Source: Eledone cirrhosa (lineage: Eukaryota). Taken from it: a DNA stretch of 64,000 nt. The notes under the pieces are model-generated. The model had not been told where the DNA came from, made no database searches, and saw only the letters and a program-made list of their open reading frames with translations. Location: positions 68,324,001 through 68,388,000 of the forward strand of contig OZ024746.1 in assembly GCA_964016885.1 (NCBI GenBank). The letters run 5' to 3'. This document shows, one piece after another, positions 25,447 to 39,739 of the stretch (position 1 is its first letter; each line of letters begins with the position of its first letter). A program made the translations under genes and the position numbers.

Positions 25447-25580
25447 TAGTATTCTGATATCAACTATGTCTGACTATATCTCACTAGTTTAGTATTCTGA
25501 TATCAACTATGTCTGACTATATCTCACTAGTTTAGTATTCTGGTAGTAATGATGTTTGACTATATCCCACCAGCCAGGTA
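25447..25580. repeat. 43-bp tandem repeat, about 3 copies
   Basis: TAGTATTCTGATATCAACTATGTCTGACTATATCTCACTAGTT at 25447 and 25490; third copy diverged. Confidence 0.85.
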
Positions 25581-26370
25581 TTAGATTTTGTTATGTACTT
25601 CTGTTTACTATTGTTATTTACATTTTTGCATGAATCAGCAATTGTTTTACATTGTTTGCTTCAAGCTGTTTTCTTCAGCAAGGCATTGCTGTGATTATTT
25701 TCAACTTCATACATTTATCTGTTTTTCAGGTTTAATTGATGGATATAACTTCCTGTGATATTCATGTAGATATCCAAGATTAGAGCCTGCACACATAGCA
25801 GGGGACTGGGGGTTGGATAGGAATTTAAAGGATTAATGTAGATTTTAAAAAAAAAACTACTCTATCATTTAATCAACTTAATTGACACCCTTAGTAATGT
25901 ATTAGTCCCAAGAATATTCTTCGTTCTGAAATCCTTTGATTAATTGTATTTGTTGTTCCATTTATAACAGAATCATACATATGATCTACGTGAATGAAGG
26001 AGCTTGAAAATTGTTTGTGTCAGTATATACACCATTTTATTCTGACAATCTATGATTGCCTGTAACTACTATTTGGAAGTATTTGTTTTCTTTTGTGTTC
26101 AATCATTCTCAGTAGAGATATGCAGACCTTTCCTATCATGTACAAATTTTTTACATAACCCCTTGAGCAAACAATTTCCATCTAAAATAAATCAAATTTA
26201 CGATACATACAATTCTGACTGAAACCTATAATACAATAATTCAGTGTATAATGCTTTAAATGTTCTTAACAATATAAAATAAAAACAAATAAACAAAATT
26301 GCAGACAAACTATTTGTTTTACTATATTTAATTTAGGATATTGTATTTCTAAGTTTAACTCCCAGCAAAC

Positions 26371-26599
26371 TTAACCCTTTAGCATTTAAACCAGGCATAT
26401 CCAGCCAGAATTCTCTCACTTCTTTCTGTTCAAATCAGCTGTAACTGACTGTTCATACTGACTTTAAGGTATTGTTCTCAAAATAAATAACATCAAAATT
26501 TTGTAGATTCGATATTATGTGAGATAATTATGTAAGATAAAGCATTTACCACAAAAATACAATAGAATATATAGAGTAATGTAAATGCTAAAGGGCTAA
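26371..26599. mobile_element. piggyBac-type MITE
   Basis: TTAA-CCCTTTAGCATTTA ... TAAATGCTAAAGGG-CTAA; same family at 46747-46962 and 63392-63600. Confidence 0.78.
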
Positions 26600-26949
26600 C
26601 TTTGTATCTTCAAGTTACTCATTAAATCAGACCAAGGAAACAATGTTTCCATTGGTCTTTCAAATTGCTGATACTATCTCCCTGTCACAACTCCTGCAGA
26701 AGAAGTAATGTGAAATAAAGCATCTTGCTCAAGGAGATAATGCATCACCCAGCCCAGGAATCGAACTCACCTCATGATTGTAAATCCAATTCTCTAACCA
26801 TTAAGCCATGCACCAATTACAGCCACACCCTATTACAACCAATTAATATTTGGAAGTTCAGTTTTTTTAATCAATATTGCAAAATACAGTAGCTGTTAGA
26901 ATTGATAAAAGATTAGGAATTGCTGTTGCTCATTCTTTGTTCAAAAATA

Positions 26950-28800
26950 AATTTACATATAATATGGTTTTCATAGAAGTAAATGGAAAGTATGTGTGTC
27001 TGATTTGTAAAGATTTGGTTGTAGCATATAAAAAGCACGATTTTTAACATCTTTATATGACCAAGTACAAGGCATATTAAATACAGAGAGAGACTTTGTA
27101 TTTAGACAAATTAGTATTTTTAACAGAATCTTTAGAGAAAAAGTAAAAGTAATAGATTTTGAAAAGAGAAATTAACGAAAATACTTGTATAATGTAAGAC
27201 ATTTATGAAGTGTGTGAGTTAATTGTAAAGAAAGTCAAACCTCACATTGAAGTTAGGTTAGTTAAAGTGTTTATAACTGCTGTTGCATGAATTTTAACTC
27301 TTAGAAAAAATTATTTTAGAGTATTCATTTATCAAGCAGAACAGTTTCTCAATGTATAGGAGACATGGCTAATGATATTCAACTATCTTTGAAAAAAGCA
27401 ACATCAGAAGTTCTGAGGGGTTTTTTTCCTATAGCTAAAGATGAAACAACAGACAAAGTTGATACAGCAAGAGTTGACTATATTTCGATATGAGATAACA
27501 GCAAACTTTACAACTGAAAGATATTTGATTTAAAAGTGATGAATAAAGCTACTAGAATTGGAGTTCTTTTTTTTCTGAGGTCAAATCAGCAACAGTGCCA
27601 TTGATTTACCAAATGAAAAGCTTAGTGGCATAATTATAGATGGTACAACATCTATGGCTAGATCTCAGAAAATAACTTGTTGCTTTAATTTAAAAAGACA
27701 TTAATAGATTATCAACTACCTTTATAAAGTGAAATTATTTTGTTTATTAATAAAATGTATGAACACTATCTCTAAAAATGAACACTGTAATGAGAGTATT
27801 ATCTTCACCAGAAATTTAACATAATTTATGAAACTTTAACCCTCTCAGACCTGCCTGCCCCCCCCCCCCCCCCCCCATGTCTAACTTTACCCTCGACCTA
27901 GGATCCTAAGCAAAAAAATAAATAGTTGCATACACAGCTCAAGAGTAATGATTGTAAGCAAACTAATGAACAGAATCAATGCAAGGCACAGTAAATGTGT
28001 TTACTCACCCTTCATCAAAATTTATACAATCTCCACCACACCTATCAGTATCAGCTGTGCAAGGGCCACATCAAATTTGTTCACCTGAATCACTACTTTC
28101 TTCACCACTTTCACAAGTTTCATTGCCAGAAGGATTCTTGCTGTCTGCATAAGCCTACTATTTTTGAATTCTTGTTCACTCTCATCTATAGTATAAATAT
28201 CATAGTAATAATATCCTCAACTGTAAAGAATCTAGACCTCACTTGTATACCAGACGAAGTGCTGGGTTCATCACATGCGTGCTTCACCGCGAAAACAAAA
28301 TCCATTTTATTCTCGATTAGGGAACACTATTAACAATGAGTCACAAATATATATAACTATAAAGCTGCAACATGATCAGTTGTCTATTTTTAGTATTTTC
28401 TTTTATTTTCTATATGTGTTGTTCATTACTCTGGTAGAGATTATGTTTAGGCTCTTACATAGCAGATGGCTAAAGGACCCTGAAGCAGAATATAGATGAT
28501 TTGGTTATGCAAATGACACATGCTCTAGCATTTTTATGAACTGAAAAATAAAGTGAAACTTTTCATGGATGTTAAAGGCATTGCCATTGTAGAATTAGAG
28601 GACCAAGAATGGTTATTGGATTTAGCATTCTTTGTCAATATCACTAGCAACTTGAATAATATGAATTTGAAATGACAAAGACATAATTAACATATTGCTT
28701 CTCTTCTTGACAATATTAGCAGCTTTAAATCTATGCTGCAAATTGTTCATAACTCAACCAAATAAAACCATGGTGTAATTTCCAATTTTGAAAAACAGGA
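26950..28800 (+). pseudogene. Heavily decayed hAT (SPIN/Charlie/GTF2IRD2-like) transposase, interrupted at about 27830-28330
   Basis: Fragments FIEVNGKYVCLICKDLVVAYKKHDF*HLYMTKY, IAKDETTDKVDTAR, IIDGTTSMA, EDQEWLLDLAFFVNITSNLNNMNLK*Q. Confidence 0.75.
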
Positions 28801-29720
28801 AGCAGAATTGATGGTGCTAGTGATATGTTACAATATTCTTTTAAAAATTCCAAGGCAAATAGTTTTTCATGACAATAGATTTAGCTTAGAACCATTTATA
28901 TGCCAGATTCATAGAAAATAATCTGGTAAACCAACAATGAATTGCAGCATTATCAGTCCTATCTAACATCTCATATTATACCATTATCTTAGGAAATGTA
29001 TATCTTTTGTAAAGCTCCAACAACATTATATGGTTTTCTCATTTGAAAGAGTAGACCATAATAAATTCTTTAAGCATATTAAATAAAAATATATTTTTGT
29101 GAATGCAAAACTATATCTGCTGAGAAAGCCTGCGCTCTTAGAATGGATAGGAACTAATGGTGAAAATAGATTGGCTAATGTTGAGTGCACATCATCTCTT
29201 ACACTGGGAAATAACTCTTATGGAAACAAATGATGTTGAAAAATTCTGACTTCTCTGAGTCATCCAAAATAAAGCAGAACCAACTTCCTCATTAAGACCT
29301 AAAGTGAATTGTTTCATTAAATTTCAAGTATTACACTCAAACTTGTCAGCTTTTGTCACAATACTGGCAGATTTAAATGATATCTCCTAATTAGGAACTC
29401 AGAAATTACAGGCACTGCTTCTGCTATTTTGCCAAGAAATTAGAATATATCTCTAAAACACAATACTATATAAATATTTTTTTCTAATTTCATTTCTAAA
29501 GACAAGGCTAATAGTTCTAAAAATTATAATAATACTAAGTACATACATATTTCAAAAAAGTTATTTGAGTTTCCTGTTTCCCTGCTGTATTTGTGAAACA
29601 GTAATTTTTAAAAAAAATGAATTAAGGCATGTTATGAAAGTTGTTTTGAATGCATATATGAAATCAATATTCTCTGAATAAAAGATATTGTTGTTTATTA
29701 GATTACACCAAAGTATGAAA

Positions 29721-30681
29721 TATACTCGAGACATTTTGAGATTTTTTTCCTTTCAGACACTTTTAATTGACTTGTGCAACTGTCTCTCTAATACATTCTT
29801 GATATATAAGCTAACAGGCCAAATCTTTTTTTTTTGTCAGGTTAAAGATTCAGGCCACTATAGCACATTAAACACTACCTGTCATACAGTCTTGTCACAG
29901 CTGACTGGTTTCACAATGCAGTTGGGATGCAAGGACAACTTGTAGGCTTGATATGCAATAAAGTTTTCCACTGGCACAAGATGTTCGAGGAAGGCATGGA
30001 GCAGTTGAGGGATGATGAGAGGTATGGCAGAAAGAAGGACATTAGTATACCAAAGATGGGAGACAAAATTTACAAATTTCTGAACAAGGATCATTGTGCA
30101 TTTCTTCTGACGATTGCTAAGCAATCTGAAGTGGCTGAGAGCACTGTGCACAGAGTCAATCATGATGATCTGAACATGCACAAGGGCATCATCTACATCC
30201 ACTGGGTCCCCAGACAGTCAACAAAAAGTACTATGTAGAGGTTTTGAGGCAGTTCAGAAGGAGATTTTGTCGCAAGAAACGAACTATTCAAACCTGGTCA
30301 GTAGCACCTGCACCAAGACAATGCCCCCTGCCACAAATTCATCCTGGTGACCAACTACTTGGCCGATATGGAGATCAAGACTATCTCTCATTCTCCCTAC
30401 AGTCCAGACTTAGCCCCATGTGACTTCTAGATGTTCCCAAAACTGAAAGGGAAGCTCAAGGGTATCCACTTTAAGGATGTGGAGGAGATGAAGGAAGCTG
30501 TGACAAACACCCTGGGCATCTTCACTTTGGAGGATGACAAGAGGGACTTCCAGAAGTGGCTGGAACACTACAACAAGTGCATTGAATCTGGAGGATCCTA
30601 CTTTGAGGGAGACTAGGGTTTTGTGTTGATCTGAGTTAAATAAATGACACTCTGATAAAGTCTCAAAACCTCTTGAGTGTA
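29721..30681 (+). mobile_element. mariner (DD34D) element, internally deleted and inactive
   Basis: Imperfect TIRs TATACTCGAGACATTTTGAGATTTT / AAAGTCTCAAAACCTCTTGAGTGTA. HQDNAPCH...YSPDLAPCDF with 34 residues between the Asp residues; C-terminus KCIESGGSYFEGD; first catalytic Asp region missing. Confidence 0.88.
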
Positions 30682-31479
30682 CCTTGTAACATTCGTGATA
30701 TGTTTTGTACCAACAAATTTGTCGATTGACTTTCGTCAAATCGGACCAAGGAAACAATTTCCGTTGGTCTTTCCAATTGCTAAAACTATCTATCAGTCGC
30801 AACTCCAGGTTGAAGGAGCAATGTGAAATAAAGTGTCTTGCTCAAGGACATAACACATCACCCAGTCCAACAAGGAAGCAGCTAAATCTTCCCAAAATTA
30901 CACAATGTCTCCGAAAGGAAATGATATACTGGATAAAGTAATTCTAGAATTGCAATGTTCTGGAGAACAATGAGATTATAATGGCAGGAATACTTTTGAT
31001 TATGTGATTATTGTCTTCCTTGATTAGGGCTGACCTGGGGTTAAATACCTCCCACCCAAAAGAAAATCTTGATGTATGGTTCAGCAATTTCAATAATAAA
31101 TTATTAAATATTAAACAATATCCTTTACTTGTCGTTTCCATTCTTCTGACTTGAATTTTAATTTGGATTAAAGGAATACCACAAAAGGAACTGGCAGCTA
31201 CACTATTTGTCATTCCTGTCATATTGAATATTGATTCATAGAAATATATTAATAATAATTAGTTTCTTAAAAGCATAAGATCTATCCCATTGACTGTCAG
31301 CACATTTCAATGAAATATTTACATCTTACAAACAAAGAAGATATTCTCCAAGGACTAGTAATAATTATGTGTTAAACATTAAGAATCAATAAGTTATAAA
31401 CGGTTAGAATTATTTCTTCAATAGATTTTGTTTCAGGCACCATATGGCACTCTATAAAGTAGTAGAAGCTACTATGACA

Positions 31480-31960
31480 ATAACATCATCATAACTGTCA
31501 TTATTACCATTATCATTACCATAATCATTATGGCCATTAGCATCATTAACATAACAACAATCATCTTCACCATTAGCATTATCATTACGGCCCTTGCCAT
31601 TCTGAGTTCAAATCCCGCCGAGGTTAACTTTGCCTTTCATTCTTACGGGGGTCGATAAAATAAAGTACCAGTAATGTACTGGGTAATTGCTGGCCTTGTG
31701 CCAAAAGTAGAAACAATTATTATTACCATCACCAACATTAGCATCATTATCACTATCCCAATCATAACCACCATTGCTGTCACTTTCACAATCATTATCA
31801 CTATCACAATCATCACCATCATTATCACTATCCCAATCATAACCACCATTGCTGTAACTTTCACAATCATCATCACTATCACAATCATCACCACCATTAT
31901 CACTATCACAATCATCATCACCACCACCATCGTTAACATTACGACAAACATTACCACTAC
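31480..31960. repeat. (CAT/CAC/AAT) low-complexity tract with a 5'-truncated SINE A (about 31586-31720, +)
   Basis: Read directly from the sequence. Confidence 0.8.
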
Positions 31961-32527
31961 CAGTCTACTCTGTAAGGTATTTAGAGTACATGCTTTAAAG
32001 TATTTTGTATTAGGAAGAGCCTCCAGTCATAGAAACCAAGGCCAAAACAGAAGCATATGAACAAGACATAGCCACTAGGCCTGACTAACTACAGTACGTG
32101 ATAATTTGTCTAGCTCATGCAAGCATGAAAAAATAGATGTTAAATGGTGATGATGATGATGATCATCATCATCATCATGGCGATGACCACAATTTCAATT
32201 GAGATATGGTAAAGTGAAATTAAAGCTACTCTAACTGCTATCAGCTACGATATTTTTGTCAATGAATACATCTAATGTAGATAACAGATGGTGGAACAGA
32301 GAATAGAAGAGAAGTTTTAAGATCTTTGATAAACTTCACTACAAGCAATTGAAAGTAAAGAAATAGTAAGGCAGAGTTAACATCTAGTGTTTTTGTTTTT
32401 CACTTAGCAGATGTCTCTCCACTTCACATCCATATCATTTCTTGCTCACATTAACTAATGCTTTAGTATTCTGTCTGTCTTTCTGTGTCTCTCTATATGT
32501 CTCTGTATTGCTCTCTCTCTCTCTCCT

Positions 32528-32576
<49 letters not shown>

Positions 32577-35500
32577 ACGAAGAGGTAGAAGCCATTAGTT
32601 TAGAATTCACCTCAATTTATTGATCACATAATTGCTTTTATACGTATTTCGTTAGTAAGTGTTATGTAACTGTTACAACCTCATTAGATAGCTATTGCAT
32701 AAACGGAAAATTACATGTATAAAAATCACTCATGCAGTTTCCATTCTGTGATATGATATGTCATGGGTGGATTATTGGAGTTGTTTACTTAAAGACTAAC
32801 ATGTATACTTCATCGCATGTTCAATCCTGTGTCAGTTGATTAATAGATTAATATGAATTTTAATGATTATTATTATTTTTGTTATCACATAATGAAATAT
32901 CAAACAGCTTCTCTTCCCCTGAATGAACCACCAATCAGAATGAAACTAGAAATAAAAATATTTATTTTCTCTGAAATAAGTTCTAAATATAAGTATAATT
33001 ATGGTAAAGACTTTAATTTGAAAATCGCCAGAAATTTTTGCCAGAAAGTGAATTGATTGCAATTAAAATACAGTCAATTTGAAGGACATATCTAAAGTCT
33101 TTCAATATCGTTGAAATATATATTATATAGTCAGATATTGTAAATGAGAAAGAATAGACATATACAGAAACAAATAAACAGACAAGAAGAAAGAGATAAA
33201 CGTTGAGACAGACAGACTAACAGAGATTGGTATAGGAAACAGTCTGACACACAGATATACAGATAAAGATGCAGAGAGATTAGAATGTCTGATCTCTAAT
33301 GTACAACCACTTGGAAACGAAGGTGCACTTAAGTAAATGGAACCTGATGCATTGCGAAGGCATTGATTTTGAGATGCCGGAAAGAGATTGTTGAGAACTA
33401 ATCACAGGATTAACATGAACAACAGAATCTGGCAGTAAAACATCGTATTGGTGGAGTTCAATTTATCAGAGATTAGTCTCCATACAAATAGATAAAATAT
33501 TGTCCAAAAAAATATCTAAAATAATATTCTGGTGAGTGGTTATAAATAGAGTAATCTGAATTTGATATTGTACTGTTTAACTTAATGGTTTCTGGTACAA
33601 AGATCTACTACACTTTATTTTAGATTTCTTCAGAGTAGAGCCAGAATAGCTATTTAAAACACACACACATATATAATTATATCTACTTTTGTTTTATATA
33701 TTAATCTACCTGGTAGAAATAACATCACATCCTATCTTTATCTTTTTGAAAAGTGCGAGACTTGATAACATAATCATAGTTAAATTGTCTTAATATAAGA
33801 TGTGATAGTCACAATTGGTAGCAAACTATCTGGGGTGTATAAAACAAAATGCATAACAATATTTTTTCTGATGTGCTGAGTTCAAGCCCCACCAAGGTCA
33901 ACTTTGCCTTTCATCCTTTCATGATCAATAAAATAAAGAACCTGTCTAGGGTAGTGGATCAGTAGAATTGTTAGAGTGTTGGACAAAATGTATTGTGGTA
34001 TGTGTACTAGCTCTTTTCATTCTCAGTTTAAATCCTGCTCTGGCTTGCTTGAGTGATAAAATTAATCCAACCAATGGTTTAACACCCCCATTTAACCCCA
34101 AGGTGCCTTTAGTGGAGTCCATTCTGTTGCGAACATTTTGACCAAGTTTCTAGTTTGAGAGTAACATCCACTCTTCTTCAAATCAGTCTCAAAGGGGTCA
34201 GGGGAATTGCCTTTCCCTCTAAACAAAAGTAAAAAAGAACATTGGAATCAGTATATGGAAGTACAGTATATGGAAGGTATATATTAGGTTAACGCTTGAT
34301 ATAGCAGGAAGAGGGTCTTAACATTTCGGATGCTACACACACACAAATATATGCACACACATCATCATCATCATTTAACATCCATTTTCCCTGCTAGCAA
34401 TGTTTGGAAAAGGGAGGCTGTCATGTCTTTGACACAGCTGGATAGTCCTGCTGACCTTATATATGTGTGTGTGTGTGTTGGACCTTCATTGAGTTTAACA
34501 ATTGGTGTTCTAGTTGCATGATCAATGGAAGAACCTGCTTGTGAACGTGCAAATGGCTGAGCATATAGAGTCACATGTCGTTTTAGCATAATTCTAGGGG
34601 AGATTCAATGTGACACAGTGTGTGACATGGTTGGTTCTTTCAATTACAAATAGAGATCGATTTTTTTTTTTTTTTTTATTGGACTGGAGGAAGATGAAAT
34701 ATAGTATCTTGCTTAAGGTTACAATAGACTACCAGGAATTTAGCTCATGACCTTATGATGATAAACCACACACCCTAACAACTAAGCCACATCATGCTTT
34801 CATACAAATACACTCGTGTGTTAATAATAATGAAGCAAACCGATTTTACCACTCATATAAATCAAATTGTAAGATTAAAATATGTCAATGTTTTCCAAAC
34901 AGCTAAATCATTTCAGATGTGTGTATATAATCTTAGATATTTCAGTCATTTGATTGCAGCCATCTTAGGACACTACTTTAATCGATTCTATCAAACCTCA
35001 TACTTATTTTAATTTATCTGTAATTGTCAAACAGCAATATTACAAGTCATAAATGGACACAACATAAACAACACTGTTTCTTTTAGATTAGTATAGCAAT
35101 AAACAAAAAGACACCAATAAACAAGAACATATGCATATATGCATACACATACATACATATACATACATATTCATATAGTCTGTATATCATCATTATCATT
35201 GGTTAAAGCATGTGTGTCTGTGTGTATATATATATATATATTGTTATATTTGGGGGTGGTCATGTTGCCAATATTGCTAGTAGAAAGAAACACATCCACC
35301 ATATAATTTTCACTTTATCTTTATTGTTCGTTATTCATTAGTTTGTCAAAGTTCTTTCATCATGCTTTTCTGTGACACCCTCAATGACTGTCTATTTTCT
35401 GCCTCCTGTTTTTCCTGGTCTTAAACTTCTACTTCTTGTCTTTGTTTGTTTTGTGGTACATTTTTCATGTTTTCTATCAGCGCATGCATTTGCACCAGCA

Positions 35501-35609
35501 TCTTCGTGTGTGTGTGCATGTGATTTTGTTTGTCATGTCTATGTGTATTTTATGTGTGTATATATAGGTGCATATATGAATATATAGTATATCTACATGT
35601 GTGTGTATG

Positions 35610-35653
<44 letters not shown>

Positions 35654-35689
35654 AAAGGTAAACAGAAATAACAACACAATCGGTGCAGT

Positions 35690-35773
35690 ATATGGAAGGA
35701 ATATATTAGGTTAACGCATGAAATAGCAGGAAGAGGGTCTTAATGTTTTGGATGCTAGTCCTTTATCAGAAGA
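35690..35773 (-). mobile_element. Penelope-like terminal fragment with degenerate hammerhead core; second copy at 34250-34335
   Basis: (-) TCTT-CTGATAA-AGGA-CTAGCA-TCC-AAAA-CATT-AAGA; the 34.3-kb copy retains TCC-GAAA-TGTT-AAGA. Confidence 0.5.
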
Positions 35774-36889
35774 AAGAATGAGAAATAAGACAGATAGATG
35801 GGATGGGATGGGCGGGCTGGAATTGGAAAAAATGTCTTTAGATAAAAATAATAGGTATAAATACATGACAACAATAACACCAAATTTGCGGGCCATCTCC
35901 GAATCAAATACATTTTGTATTCTCTGTTTGTGTTTGCCGTAATTCCTTTTATTGATTAACTAATTATGCAATCCACACCTGATGATGTCACTATCTGCTG
36001 TCATATGATGCTTCAATGCAGCCATGTATCACTGGGGCTGTGTCCATCAGTAACTTGCCTGTATAGTTTGGCACAACAGACAGCTCAACATATACTGAGT
36101 GAGTTTCTGGATCTCCACCCCCATGAGAATATGGACCCCACACACCCTAATCCCACTACCATGAAATGGTCGCTCAGGAACATCACATAGCTGCAGCTGT
36201 CTCATACACAAGAAGAAGAATCCTACTCATAACATATAATTTCTATCTAATATTTGTAGACAATAAAACACCATAAATATAGTCATACAACAAACAACTG
36301 TACTTCCTTACTTATACTTTATATACCTCCTTTCACTCTTCATCTCCTCACTTGTTATCTTTGCCAAGACCAGCCCCCACCTCCCACAAACCCATCCACA
36401 TACTGCTGCTTCTGGAGCTTTTACATTTAATAAAACTTGTCTCAAGACTATAGCATAGTAATTCTGTGAATGTCAGAAAGATAACAGTTGATGCTCAGAA
36501 TCATGTGTGATTGCATGTAGGAGCATCCATCTTGTTAGAGAACAGTAAATTATATTGTGATTAAAGATGGAAGAGAAAACTTCAGTAATATTCATTGTCA
36601 TATAAGATCACGCACATATTTTAGCTTCAATGGACAATCGGGTGTTTAAAATAAACGAATTTCAGACATGATGGCTTAGTAATTCATAATTAGAACAGCA
36701 GCAGCAGGTCTGTAGTGAAAGTAATGTGTATCGAATTCTTTGATCTCCAGTTTAAGCCATTACATGGACATAACAGGTCGGCATATTATAATGAATTTAT
36801 ATTTAAAGAATGAAAATATTTAGGCTAAATTATAGATTATATTGTAGGACAGGTAGCATATTTGATTATCTTTGATTTTTTTAAATTCT

Positions 36890-37166
36890 ATAATATATAC
36901 AGATACATATATATACATGCATATATATACACATGCATATATATATATACATATATATAAATATATACATATATATACATATATACATATATATACATAT
37001 ATACATATATATACATATATACATATATATATATGTATATATATACATATATACATATATACATATATATACATATATACATATATATATATGTATATAT
37101 ATACATATATACATATATATACATATATATATACATATACATACATATATACATATACATATATAC

Positions 37167-37211
<45 letters not shown>

Positions 37212-37268
37212 CATATATATATATTTTGTTTCTGAAATTGTTGGCAACATGACCCTCCCAAAGCATAA

Positions 37269-37329
<61 letters not shown>

Positions 37330-37346
37330 CATATATATATATATAT
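36890..37346. repeat. (TA)n/(CATATA)n microsatellite field
   Basis: Read directly; similar fields at about 39820-40070, 40806-41070, 60484-60560 and 61442-61600. Confidence 0.95.
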
Positions 37347-37497
37347 CATTATCATCATCATCACCATTTTACGTCCGTTCTTCCACGCTAGCATGGGTTA
37401 GACGGGTTGTCCTGTTGTGGGCTGACCTTGTCTTGCTCATACGGGAACTACATATATATATATATACAAATGGAAACTATATTTATAAAACCATATT

Positions 37498-37563
37498 TAT
37501 TTTGTTATATATATTTCAGGGATATCATATTAAAAATATGGTATGCCTTCCTCAGACAAAATA
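37498..37563 (-). ncRNA. Type I hammerhead ribozyme candidate with complete core
   Basis: UAUUUUGU-CUGAGGA-[AGGCAUACCAUAUU UUU AAUAUGAUAUCCCU]-GAAA-UAUAUA-UA/ACAAAAUA: perfect 8-bp stem I, long stem II, palindromic minimal stem III. Confidence 0.68.
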
Positions 37564-37853
37564 CAATACATAAGCTGTTTTATAAATAATTTTTGACATA
37601 CCTTATAAATAATGCAACTTCCATTTAAAAAGTTGATTTGGTAGTGAAACTGTTATATAAAGAAATAAATATGGTTTTATAAATATAGTTTCCATTTGTT
37701 TAATATCGTAAACCTACTCCAGAAACTGTTGAGTGCTTTTATATCAGTTATAAAATATTTACTCGTTGTAACCCAACAATCTTAAATAAAACTTTTGCAT
37801 ATATATATACATATATATATATACATATATATATATACATATATATATATATA

Positions 37854-39153
37854 CAGGGTGTGGACGATATTTGTTCGCAATTTTCAACTGCTAATTTTAT
37901 GCAAATTTTTTTTACTTCCATTGTCACTCTTGTCTTCATAAAAACTGACTATATTTCCATTATTTATTTTCAGAATAATTGATTATGAATCATTTTGGAC
38001 CTCCAAATTTGTGGAAGAGACACGGAATTCTTCTTGGAATCTGCACCGGGAGGACAAATAAAGAAATTTCCACCATTCTCCTGTTGATGCAGGAGAATGG
38101 TGGAAAAGGTCAGTAAAGAATTGGAAGATTCAGGATTCGACTATGAAGCAACATCAGAGAGGAAAACACATGATTGACAATCTGACGCCTTCAGAACGCC
38201 CGAGTTTGTCACTGAAGTTCAGGATATCATCAACAATGAACCTAGCAAGTCGATGCGTGCCATTACAAAGGAGAAAGGAGTGGATGAAAAGCTCATTAGG
38301 CTGGTGGTACATGAAGACATTCGCTATGTTTCATACAAGATGAGGAAAGGACAATTTCTGTCAAAGGCAATGCAAGAAAAGCGGCTGAAACACGCAAAGA
38401 AGCTGATCAACAAGTTGAAACACCCACTGGAGCCAGACATGCTATGTTTTTTCTCCGACGAGAAAAACTTCTGCCAAGACCAGAAGATCAACTCCCAGAA
38501 CAACAGGTGGCTCACTGTCTCATCCAAAGACGTGCCCAGAGTCATGCAGACAAAGTTTCCAGCGACAACATTGGTCTTAGGTGTCGTCAGCAGTCAAGAT
38601 GACATCATGCCACCTCACTTGAGGGCCTCAAGCTGAACACCGATGGCTACATCCGCATTCTGAGCGAGGTAGTAAAGCCCTGGATTGACCAGGTAGCTGC
38701 AGGTAGGCCGTTCATGTGGCAGCAAGACTCAGTACCCTGCCATACCAGCCGAAAGACCCAAGCCTGGCTGTCAGAGAACTTCGTCGACCACCACTTCACC
38801 TGACATCTGCCCTCCCAGCTCGGCTGACTGCAACCCCCTCGACTTCTTTGTGTGGGGCGCAGTGGAACAAGACACCAACAGATCTAGCTGCAATACGAAA
38901 GACGATCTGAAGGCCAGGATCACAAGTGCCTTTAGGGGCCTAAGTCGGGGGACAGAGACGAAGGCCTGTAGCCGGTTCCGAGGCCGCCTTGAGGCCGTCA
39001 TCAAAACCAATGGCAGGTTTATCAAGTGTGATCGAAAGAACAAGTCATGAAGACAAACTGACCCACGTTTGATAAATATATCTTAAAAAATAAAACTACT
39101 GTGTTATTTTTTCCTAGACAGTAATCTTGCAAACAAATATCGTCGGCACCCTG
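37854..39153 (+). mobile_element. Tc1/mariner DD37D (maT/Bmmar1-like) element, 1300 bp, with frameshifted transposase
   Basis: TIRs CAGGGTGTGGACGATATTTGTTCGCAA / TTGCAAACAAATATCGTCGGCACCCTG in TA context. FFSDEKNF, WQQDS.PCH...DCNPLDF with 37-residue D-D spacing after frame repair. Confidence 0.9.
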
Positions 39154-39167
39154 TATATCTATACATA

Positions 39168-39217
<50 letters not shown>

Positions 39218-39236
39218 CACATATATACATATACAC

Positions 39237-39739
39237 ATATTAATATGTGTAGAAGTAAACACAGTAATTCCTGTGTCTAAAATTACGAGGGTAGATTACA
39301 CCACAAATGTTACATATAATTAACCTGTATTTAACCTTGTATTTCGGCTCCTTATCTGTGTAGCTTATAAAAATGAGTGTAAATAGGCTATTATTTATAG
39401 CATAACCACTTGCACCGCATATGACTATCAACGTATGAGGTGTAAACTTTAGTGAGTTTCTTGTTATAGGTGTTGTGTATCATTTAATCTTATCTCTCTC
39501 TGATGAAATGCCTACGGATTACTTGTTACAAACACGATTTATTCAGGGCGAAACATGTTAAATCTTTAGTCTGTCCGGGAGATGAAATTGTTATTGATAT
39601 GGTATGTATGAGGAATCTTATAAGAAATCTTGTAACATCCCATATGATTCAGGTTAAATTATATGTAACATTTGTGGTGTAATCTACCCTCGTAATTTTA
39701 GACATAGGATTTACTGTTTACTTCTACACATATTAATAT
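39237..39739. mobile_element. Element with about 90-bp terminal inverted repeats enclosing a hammerhead-like motif
   Basis: 39237-39327 is the near reverse complement of 39650-39739; internal CTGATGA...GAAAC...GTC at 39500-39575. Confidence 0.62.
39492..39583 (+). ncRNA. Type I hammerhead ribozyme candidate (extended stem II, imperfect)
   Basis: AUCUCUCU-CUGAUGA-..GCCU...AGGGC-GAAACA-..-UGUC/CGGGAGAU. Confidence 0.5.

Noticed and set aside
25447-25580. 43-bp repeats as a CRISPR-like array
   Set aside because: Head-to-tail tandem units with no unique spacers, in a eukaryotic context.
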